From a bacterium (GTDB taxonomy: Bacteria > Patescibacteriota > Minisyncoccia > JBBINA01): DNA of 64,000 bases. Positions 47,399 through 55,206 of the stretch are shown here, one piece after another. The stretch is taken from contig JBBINA010000004.1 of NCBI GenBank assembly GCA_037444125.1, positions 1,582-65,581 of the forward strand, in the 5' to 3' direction. Within the stretch, counting starts at the first letter, position 1. The number at the start of each line of letters is the position of its first letter. A program made the translations under genes and the position numbers. The notes under the pieces are model-generated. The model ran no database searches. It saw only the letters and a list, made by a program, of their open reading frames with translations, and was not told where the DNA came from.

Positions 47399-48501
47399 TT
47401 CGCTATTTTTTTAGAGTTTAGGATAAGTAATCCAATCATCTCATCAAGTTCGCCATTCAAGATTTTATTAATATCATTTGTTTCATAGTCAACGCGAGTA
47501 TCTTTGATTAATTGATAGGGTTCAAATATGTAGTTTCTAATTTGGTTACCCCATGACGGTTTGGCTTTAGTTTTTAAAGCTTCTTTAACTTTGCCCACAT
47601 TTTCTTGAGCAATTTTGATTAATTTAGCATATAAAATTTTCAAAGCTTGCTCGCGGTTTTTTAGTTGATTTCTTCCGGTTTGACATCTTACCCAAAGTCC
47701 GGTTGGCTTGTGAATAACTCGGACTGCCGTGGCTCTCATATTGACATTTTGTCCGCCAGCTCCTCCGGCTCTTGAGAATTCGAATTCCAAATCATCGTCT
47801 TTTAAGTCAATTTCTGGTTTTTCGTCAAGTTCTGGCAAAACTTCCACTAAAGCAAAAGAGGTGTGGCGTAACTTGTCTGGAGAGAACGGCGACATTCTGA
47901 CGAGTCTGTGTACTCCCTGTTCAAATTTTAGATAGCCATAGGCGTATTTGCCACTTATTTTAAAGCTGATGTATTTGAATCCGCCAAAATCATTGCGGCT
48001 TTCGTCAATTATCTCAATTTTATATCCTTTACGCTGGCTATATTTTTCATACATTCTAAAGAGGATTCTTACCCAATCCTCTGCTTCTGTGCCACCTTGG
48101 CCGGCGTAAATAGTTATAATAGCGTTGCCTTTATCAAATTTATCGCCTAAATATACTTCTAATTCTTTTTGTTTAATGAGCTTTTCAAGTTTCTGGATGT
48201 TAGTTTTAACATCGCTAATATTAGCTTCATTTGTGTCGTTTAATTCTTGAATCAGTTTTATATATTCGTAGGTATCATTCAATTGTTTATCTATATCTTC
48301 AATTTCGTTTATTTCTTGGGATAATTTTACAATTTCGATGCTTAAATGTTTTATTTTTTCAGGATTAGCTATATTTTCTTGTTTTTGAATGTTATTTTGG
48401 AGCTTATCAAGTCTTCCCCTTTTTTCAGTAATTCAAGTAGCCTCCTTAACGCGATTGAGGTCATCTTTTAAAACAATGATTTTTTTAAGATATTCTTCCA
48501 T
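47395..48501 (-). CDS. prfB: Peptide chain release factor 2, with an in-frame internal UGA at codon 23
   Basis: SPF and GGQ motifs, GVHRLVR, WGNQIR; ATG 48501 is in frame with the body (369 codons including the stop); TGA at 48435-48433. Confidence 0.93.
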
Positions 48502-48526
48502 TTATACTTATACTAATGACAACTTA

Positions 48527-48554
48527 ATTATACAGAATTAAATTTTACTTGCAA
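48527..48554 (-). promoter_or_regulatory. prfB promoter
   Basis: TTGCAA-16 nt-TATAAT about 25 nt upstream of ATG 48501. Confidence 0.6.
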
Positions 48555-48595
48555 CCAGTGAAATTGAGTTATGATGTGAAAAATTTACCTAAATG

Positions 48596-48620
48596 AAAAA
48601 CAGCCAGGGTTACCTAGCTG
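48596..48620 (-). terminator. Intrinsic terminator
   Basis: CAGCTAGG-TAAC-CCTGGCTG followed by TTTTT. Confidence 0.75.
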
Positions 48621-48902
48621 TCATCAGACCGGGAACCAAGGAATATCCTTGGTTCCCGAATAGATGTCTTTTCTTATGTACTGAGATAAAAGAGGGACAA
48701 CTTTTGAGCGCTTTCCCCCACCAAAATCTCGATGCCATTCGAGGTGTGGGTTAGGCTCGTGGCGTGGGAGGCGACACCCTTTTTGATCCCTGTTGTCCCT
48801 TTATCTCAGGACACTAGTATTTAAGGTGCTTGAAAGAGGCACGGTGGGAAGTGGGAGTTGAGTCGGATTTACATTCCCATTTCCCCCTAATTTTATTTTT
48901 AT
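48596..48902 (-). ncRNA. Candidate structured ncRNA of about 300 nt
   Basis: Bounded by consensus promoters and a terminator; three helical domains; no SD-led ORF. Confidence 0.55.
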
Positions 48903-48908
48903 AGAGCT

Positions 48909-49012
48909 ATTATATTCCTTAATTGTATTTTTGTCAATAGGTTTTTAATTCCCATTAAACCATAAATTTTAGTGTACACAATATATTATACATAAAAAAA
49001 ATATTTTGTCAA
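48909..49012 (-). promoter_or_regulatory. Tandem consensus sigma70 promoters
   Basis: TTGACA-17-TATAAT (48937-48909) and TTGACA-16-TATAAT (49012-48985). Confidence 0.8.
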
Positions 49013-49110
49013 TAGGGAAAATGAATTATTTGTTTTTTCAGTTTTAGAAATGAAATATTTAGAGTTCGGCTAAAATTAAATTTATCTATATTTTTGTCAA
49101 GTAAGATAAA

Positions 49111-49155
49111 TAAAAAAAGTGAACTTACTTGTCTTGTGAGATTTTCAGTTCACTT
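49111..49155 (-). terminator. Intrinsic terminator
   Basis: AAGTGAACT...AGTTCACTT stem followed by a T run on the minus strand. Confidence 0.6.
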
Positions 49156-49179
49156 CGTAAATGTTCTTTTAAACTTCGT

Positions 49180-50232
49180 TCAGAGCGGCACCACATGCTT
49201 TTCCGCATATCTTATTTTTCGGCAGCGGATTAGTCCTAGCGAATACCACGGGCATTGATTTTTAATGCATGAGTTCACTGGACACTTATCATGGAGTTTG
49301 GTATAATCCAAAGCGAACTTAACTAGCTCAACGATTTTTTCCAGAGACACTTTGGTGATAGGTATGTGGGGATGGGTTTTGCTGCCGTTGTATATATTTT
49401 CCGAATTTTCATCGTAAAACCACTCGGGGATTTCAGGAAGCGTACCTGGTTTTTCCAGATACTTCCAATCTTGTATTTGGAAGTCCTTTGTTTTAAGCTC
49501 TTCTAAGCGTAGCAGTCGCGCTATTTCGCGGCTAATGATGCCAAACCGTTGATTGATATAAACCTGTATGTGGCCATTAGAATTTTTTTGAATTATCACG
49601 GCCGCATTTACTCCCACTTTTTTGGCTCGTGCAATTTTTGCAATTTGATCGTTGTCAGATTGTGAAACCACTAATTTCACTTTGTGCGGACCAAAATTAA
49701 TTTCCTCAATTCTCGATGTTTTTTCAAACTCATTTTTAACCGCATCCCAAAATCGCTTTTGAATCGTATAGATGCTGTCAATGGCTTGCTCTGTCCAACT
49801 TTGCACACTACCCGGATAATTACCGGCATCATTTAGTCGTTTAACCAAATTTCCAAGCGCCATTGGATGATCGCCAGGCTTTGTATCGGTATTCAACACA
49901 TAACGTAGTAAGTCTTCTAATGCTGGATCGTCCTCTATTCCTAAATCTTTGGCTATAAGTGTGGCCGCACAGTCATCTGGAAACGCTGAGTGTGGATGGT
50001 GGTCGTATTTTCCGCCGCCAATATCTACGGGAATAACTACAATATCGGGGTCACTTTCTTCGTGTTTGCGAATGAAGTTCTCTATTTCTTCGTTGCTTCC
50101 TAGAGTAACTAGTGCAGCTTTTTCAATCCCTGGATACTTTTCATCATTTCCAAAATTTTTAAGCAGCCAAGTAGCACACAAAGCGTCAATATCTGGCGCG
50201 GTATGCGTTAGGATTATGTAATTCCGTGTCAT
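49180..50232 (-). CDS. DHH/MYG1-like phosphoesterase with C-terminal four-Cys cluster
   Basis: ILTH..PDIDA, VDIGGGKYDHH and CAATL motifs; AAGGAGG SD before ATG 50232. Confidence 0.7.
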   Translation of the reverse strand: MTRNYIILTHTAPDIDALCATWLLKNFGNDEKYPGIEKAALVTLGSNEEIENFIRKHEESDPDIVVIPVDIGGGKYDHHPHSAFPDDCAATLIAKDLGIEDDPALEDLLRYVLNTDTKPGDHPMALGNLVKRLNDAGNYPGSVQSWTEQAIDSIYTIQKRFWDAVKNEFEKTSRIEEINFGPHKVKLVVSQSDNDQIAKIARAKKVGVNAAVIIQKNSNGHIQVYINQRFGIISREIARLLRLEELKTKDFQIQDWKYLEKPGTLPEIPEWFYDENSENIYNGSKTHPHIPITKVSLEKIVELVKFALDYTKLHDKCPVNSCIKNQCPWYSLGLIRCRKIRYAEKHVVPL

Positions 50233-50345
50233 TTGAAGCCTCCTTTGTATTGATAAAATTTCTAAGGGAACACAGCCTATATTATATTTTATACTTTTAC
50301 CATTTTTGTCAACATATTTTTGAGACCCCACCTCCAAAATCACTT

Positions 50346-51182
50346 TTAGTCGTATAATATTTTTTGTTTCAAATAGGCAAGCCCTCCGTAAATGCCCGAA
50401 AAATCTATTAGTTTTGCTTTATATATTTTTACAGACAAAGGAATTTTTAAACTTCTTTTATAATATGTTCGAATTTTATTAATGGGAATGCCGATTTTTT
50501 TCATCATAGAACCGCCAAGGATTATTGCTTCAGGCGACCAGATAAATGTTATATTAACTAAACCAAGTGATAAAATTTTGGCATATTTATCCCAGATTTT
50601 TGAATCAAAAATTTGGTATGGTTTTTTGCCGTAAATTTTTTCAACTGATCTACCTGAAATATAGTCTTCAAGGGTTGATGGCCATTTATGTTTAAAAAAG
50701 TTGTCAATATTTAAAATTTGCTGGCCGGGTTCAAAACCATAAATGTTGCGGTCGATTTTTTTATTAACAATTCTTGCGCCGCCGACACCAGTGCTGATAG
50801 TAAGATAAACAAGAATTCTAAAAGATTTTCCAGCCCCAAATATTGCTTCGCCAAGACCAGCCAAGTTGGCATCATTTTCAAGGTAAACTTTGCAATCCAA
50901 AGCAGATTCTAGGTCTTTTTTAAGGGGTTTATGAAGCCAGTGTTTGAGATTTGGTGACCAGATAAGTTGTGATTTATCTTGGTTGAATTCTCCGGCAATA
51001 GCAATAGAAATACCTTGTATTTTACGATTATGTGCAAGATTTTTTATTTTTTTCTCAAGTATTTTTAAACCCATTTCAAAATTTTTTGGTGTAGGGAAAA
51101 GCTCTTTATACCAAAAGGTTTTGAGATTTTTTGATGCGCCAAGCTTAATTGTAGTGCCGCCTATGTCAATTGCAAAATACAT
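50346..51182 (-). CDS. ROK family sugar kinase
   Basis: IDIGGT, ENDANLAGLGEA..GAG, STGVGG and ILGG motifs. Confidence 0.9.
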   Translation of the reverse strand: MYFAIDIGGTTIKLGASKNLKTFWYKELFPTPKNFEMGLKILEKKIKNLAHNRKIQGISIAIAGEFNQDKSQLIWSPNLKHWLHKPLKKDLESALDCKVYLENDANLAGLGEAIFGAGKSFRILVYLTISTGVGGARIVNKKIDRNIYGFEPGQQILNIDNFFKHKWPSTLEDYISGRSVEKIYGKKPYQIFDSKIWDKYAKILSLGLVNITFIWSPEAIILGGSMMKKIGIPINKIRTYYKRSLKIPLSVKIYKAKLIDFSGIYGGLAYLKQKILYD

Positions 51183-51214
51183 AAAAGCGAGAATTATAAA
51201 GATAATTAATCTTA

Positions 51215-53017
51215 CTATTGCCTTTTGAGGATTTCAATGAAAAGATCAGGGGGAATGCGGACTTTGCCAATTTTGCCTAGTTCTTTTTTGGTTTTAGCTT
51301 GTTTTTGCCAAAGTTTCATTTTTCGCGTGCGGTCTCCTCCGTAAAGCCAGCCGGCTATGTCTTTGCGTAAAGCCGGCAAGTCTTCGCGTGCCACGATTTT
51401 GCCATTAATAGAGGCTTGTAGTTTTACTTGAAATTGTTCGCGCGGTAGTTTTTCTTTGAGTTTCTTTAAAAGATAACGAGCATATAATACACCTTCTTCA
51501 TAAGGCATTAAAACTGAGAAAATTTCTGAGACTACGCCGTGAATAATGATTTCGACTTTTTTAAGCGCAGAGATTCTGTAGCCGATAACTTCATAATAAT
51601 AGGAAGCATATCCTTGGCTAATGCTTTTAATGGAATCATGAAAATCTTCAATGATTTTGCGTAAGGGTAGTATAACTTCTAAAGTCATTTTCCCTTCTTG
51701 ATTGTTTTTGAAATCGATAAATTCAGCTTTAATCATTGTTAGATACTCATAAATCTCATTAAAAAAATTGACAGGTGTGATAAGGTGGACCTTTGCGTAA
51801 GGTTCTTCTAGTGAAATAATATTTTCTAGTTTGCCCAAATCACTGGCTTGATTAATTATTTTAGATGTTTTGTCTTTATAATTTATTTTAAACTCAACTG
51901 ATGGTTTAGTGATGAAAAGTTGAATATTTTCTTCTCGTTTCATGCGTTCCAAAAATATTTCAAGATGAAATTGACCTAAAAAACCTCCTTTAATGCCGCG
52001 CCCTAGGTTTTTATCAGAGATTTTTTCGTATACCATTGATGGATCATTAAGACGGTATTTATTTATTTTTGTTAAAAATTCGTCAAAATCCTCGTCTTTA
52101 TAAGGGAAAATATTAACATAAAGTACAGGTTTAGGTTTTTCAAATTGATGTAATGAAATGGTATTTATATCGTATGACATAGTAGCGCTAGTAATAGTAT
52201 CTCCTATAAGAAAAAGCCCTGTTTCTTTTATTCCTGTGGCTATATAGCCAATCTCGCCCGCGGAAAGTTTATTTGATTTTGTGAGATATGGTTTAAAATA
52301 GCCTACTTCTTTAACTCTAATTCGCCGTTTATTGAAAAGAAGCGTAATTTCATCATTAGTTTTGACTGTTCCATTAAATAACCTTAAGAAAAGAATAACT
52401 CCTTTATGTACATCAAAAATTGAGTCAAAAACAAGAGCTTGCAAAGGCTGCTTAATGTTTATAGCGGGTGAAGGAATAGTGGTAATGATTTGATGTAAAA
52501 GATTTTCTACATTTTGTCCTGTTTTAGCTGAAATTAGCAAGGGTTCCCTTTGTAATTTCAAAGTTTTATGCAACTCTTTGGCTATTTTATCTTTTTGTTC
52601 TAAACTGTGCATTAAGTCTATCTTGTTGATTGTTGGAATAATAATTAAACCATTTTTTTTAGCGATTTCTAAATTGTATATGGTTTGTGCCTGTATACCT
52701 TGTGTGATATCAATGAGTAGGATTGCGCCTTCAATGCAAGAGAGGGCGCGTTCAACTTCATAAGTAAAATCAATATGGCCAGGTGTGTCAATAAGATTAA
52801 GTATATATTTATTATTGTTAAAATTGTACTCCATGGTTACTGGTTGCATTTTGATAGTGACGCCTCGCTCTCTTTCTATAGGGTTTATATCTAAAAACTG
52901 CGCGTGTAGTTTTTCTTTAGGAACTGTTTTGGTAATTTCAAGAAGACGGTCAGCCAGAGTTGATTTTCCGTGATCGATGTGGGCTATAATTGCGAAATTT
53001 ATAATTTTTGTCAGCAT
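51215..53017 (-). CDS. lepA: Elongation factor 4
   Basis: NFAIIAHIDHGKSTLADR, ERERGVTIK, DTPGH and YGGDRTRKMKL motifs. Confidence 0.95.
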   Translation of the reverse strand: MLTKIINFAIIAHIDHGKSTLADRLLEITKTVPKEKLHAQFLDINPIERERGVTIKMQPVTMEYNFNNNKYILNLIDTPGHIDFTYEVERALSCIEGAILLIDITQGIQAQTIYNLEIAKKNGLIIIPTINKIDLMHSLEQKDKIAKELHKTLKLQREPLLISAKTGQNVENLLHQIITTIPSPAINIKQPLQALVFDSIFDVHKGVILFLRLFNGTVKTNDEITLLFNKRRIRVKEVGYFKPYLTKSNKLSAGEIGYIATGIKETGLFLIGDTITSATMSYDINTISLHQFEKPKPVLYVNIFPYKDEDFDEFLTKINKYRLNDPSMVYEKISDKNLGRGIKGGFLGQFHLEIFLERMKREENIQLFITKPSVEFKINYKDKTSKIINQASDLGKLENIISLEEPYAKVHLITPVNFFNEIYEYLTMIKAEFIDFKNNQEGKMTLEVILPLRKIIEDFHDSIKSISQGYASYYYEVIGYRISALKKVEIIIHGVVSEIFSVLMPYEEGVLYARYLLKKLKEKLPREQFQVKLQASINGKIVAREDLPALRKDIAGWLYGGDRTRKMKLWQKQAKTKKELGKIGKVRIPPDLFIEILKRQ

Positions 53018-53020
53018 AAT

Positions 53021-53593
53021 TTATTTAATTTTTACTATTTTTAAACTAAAATTTTCCCGTTCAAATATGCCACCTTTTCTTGCCATTAAATCAAATAAGA
53101 GCTGGAATAATTTCTGCCAATCGATTTTTTCTTTGATAAGGGGCGTGTTTGAGTCATGGCAAAATTTATCAATTAGTTCTTTGCCTCGAGAGTTGGCATA
53201 TTCACCAACGTAACGTATTTCAGCTACATTATGAGCTAAGAGATTGCGCTTTACACAGCGAAGACAAGGCGTTCCAATGATTCTTACGCGCGATTTTTCC
53301 AACATTTTTCTTGGCGTATTTAGGTTTAGATTATCTTCAGCATGAAGGGTTCGTTCGTCATGGCATTCAACCATTAAATGGCTTATATCATCGCAATGGG
53401 ATTGGCCAGGTAAAGATCCATTATAACCTAATCCTACCAGACGTTTATTTTTTTCCGCGCTGGCGGTCGTGCGAAGCCGATCGCAAGTTGATAAAACTGA
53501 GTGTAGGGCAGTTGTAACCCAGAAAACCATATTGCGGAGTTCATCCCTTGATAATTTGATAGAACTTTTATAATTTGAAGCTAAACTTTTCAT
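53021..53593 (-). CDS. dCMP deaminase family protein
   Basis: STCDR, GYNGS, HAE and PCLRC motifs. Confidence 0.85.
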   Translation of the reverse strand: MKSLASNYKSSIKLSRDELRNMVFWVTTALHSVLSTCDRLRTTASAEKNKRLVGLGYNGSLPGQSHCDDISHLMVECHDERTLHAEDNLNLNTPRKMLEKSRVRIIGTPCLRCVKRNLLAHNVAEIRYVGEYANSRGKELIDKFCHDSNTPLIKEKIDWQKLFQLLFDLMARKGGIFERENFSLKIVKIK

Positions 53594-53610
53594 TTTAATT
53601 TGATCAGAAT

Positions 53611-55206
53611 TTAAAAAATAATTGTTTTGTTTTTCAACATATATTTAATTTTTGTGTAAAGTTGAAGTGCTTCTTCTTTTTTAAGGATTAAATTAATAAT
53701 AAGATAAATAGATAAGCCAAGACTACTTACTATTATACCTCTTACAAAAACAGCCATAATGTTAAAATTAAGAAATTTTTGCAAATATCCGTTTAAAATA
53801 ATAGCAGTTATGCTCATTATTAGGCAAGATAATAATATTTTCGATATTTGCTGTAGAAATAAACCAAAGTTGAATTGTGGTAATTTGGCTTTTAGTAAGA
53901 TAAAAGCTAAACAGGCATTAATAATACCTGAAGCAATAATGGCATAAGCCAAACCCCAAAAACCAAAGTTGAGATGAAAGCTTAAGTAGAAGGTAAGGCC
54001 CAGGGTGATGGCAAAGCTGACTCCATTAGAGATGATTGGTGCTTTGGTGTTTTTGATAGCGTAAAAAGCTTTAGTTAAGAGTGGAATTAGTGATTGGAAG
54101 GGTACGGCAAAGATTGTTAGACCGATAAAGTTGCTGGTAATTAAAACATCTTTTTCTTCAAATTTGCCAATAAAAAGAAGTACGCGAACAATTTCTGTAC
54201 GCAGAACATAAAAAATAAAAACTAATGGTAAAATGAAAAATAGAGCATTGTTAAGGGATTTATTTAAGGTTAAAGCAAACTTATGTCGTTGTTGGTTGGA
54301 ATTAAGGTCGGCTAAATAAGCAAAGCTTGAGGTGGCAAAAGCAATTCCGATAATACCATATGGAATATATTCGATATCAAAGGCGTAATTTAGGATAGAA
54401 ACATATCCTTCTCCAAAGTGAGAGGCTAGGCTATTTATGATTAAGAAATTAAGTTGAAAAAATAATAGGCCCAAAGATCGAAAGAGTGATAGTTTTATTA
54501 TTTTTTGTAGATTTTTATCCTTTAAATTCCAATGTAAAGAGTAGTTGAAACCAACTCGCCTAAAAAATAAGGTGTGAATCATCATATGAAAAAAAGAACC
54601 CAAGACGACACCTAATGCTAGACCTTGAATACCGAAATATTTAGCTAAAAAAGCGGCGCCAGTTATTATGCCTAAATTATAAAGAGCAGGAGCTAAGCTG
54701 TAGCTGATGAAGATTTTGTGAACTTGCAGGATTGAGGAAAAAAGGTCAGAGAGTACTAGAAATAAAGGTTGAGCGAGCATAATAATAGTGAGAATAATGA
54801 CTTTATGTTTAGATGTCTCGTCTAGACCGGGGGCAATTAAATGGACGAGTTTTGGGAGAGAGACTATTGTTAAAAGTATTATTACGACTACAAAAGATAG
54901 GATGAAATTAATGGAGTTAGAAATGAGTTTATTAATTTTTTCCGTAGTTTGTTTTTTTTGATAGATTAGTTCTGAAAGTAAAGGGATTAAAACTGAGCTT
55001 GCGCCGCCTAGCATCAGTATAGCGAACACTAAATCAGGAATTCTGAAAGAAAGATAAAAAATATCAAGATCGATGCTAGCGCCGAAGTTTTGAGCAAAAA
55101 GACGTGCTCTAATGATTCCCAGTAACCTTGAAACTAAACTAAAAAAGGCGATTAAAAGCGCGCCCGAAAGAACGTTTTTGGACTTGAGAGAAAAAATTGA
55201 TTTCAT
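53611..55206 (-). CDS. murJ: Lipid II flippase MurJ
   Basis: SRLLGIIR..FA..FG, FRIPD, AP.LYN.GII and KAFYA.KNTK.P motifs. Confidence 0.92.
   Translation of the reverse strand: MKSIFSLKSKNVLSGALLIAFFSLVSRLLGIIRARLFAQNFGASIDLDIFYLSFRIPDLVFAILMLGGASSVLIPLLSELIYQKKQTTEKINKLISNSINFILSFVVVIILLTIVSLPKLVHLIAPGLDETSKHKVIILTIIMLAQPLFLVLSDLFSSILQVHKIFISYSLAPALYNLGIITGAAFLAKYFGIQGLALGVVLGSFFHMMIHTLFFRRVGFNYSLHWNLKDKNLQKIIKLSLFRSLGLLFFQLNFLIINSLASHFGEGYVSILNYAFDIEYIPYGIIGIAFATSSFAYLADLNSNQQRHKFALTLNKSLNNALFFILPLVFIFYVLRTEIVRVLLFIGKFEEKDVLITSNFIGLTIFAVPFQSLIPLLTKAFYAIKNTKAPIISNGVSFAITLGLTFYLSFHLNFGFWGLAYAIIASGIINACLAFILLKAKLPQFNFGLFLQQISKILLSCLIMSITAIILNGYLQKFLNFNIMAVFVRGIIVSSLGLSIYLIINLILKKEEALQLYTKIKYMLKNKTIIF

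Noticed and set aside
48433-48435. Genome-wide UGA reassignment (code 4 or 25) or selenocysteine as the explanation for the prfB UGA
   Set aside because: infB, rpmA and prfB itself end in TGA, other conserved genes here are not interrupted by TGA, RF2 is present, and no SECIS-like hairpin follows the codon.
48601-48675. Hammerhead ribozyme suggested by CUGAUGA between two hairpins
   Set aside because: The following stem ends in a U-tract rather than GAAA, and no credible stem III with a cleavage triplet can be formed.
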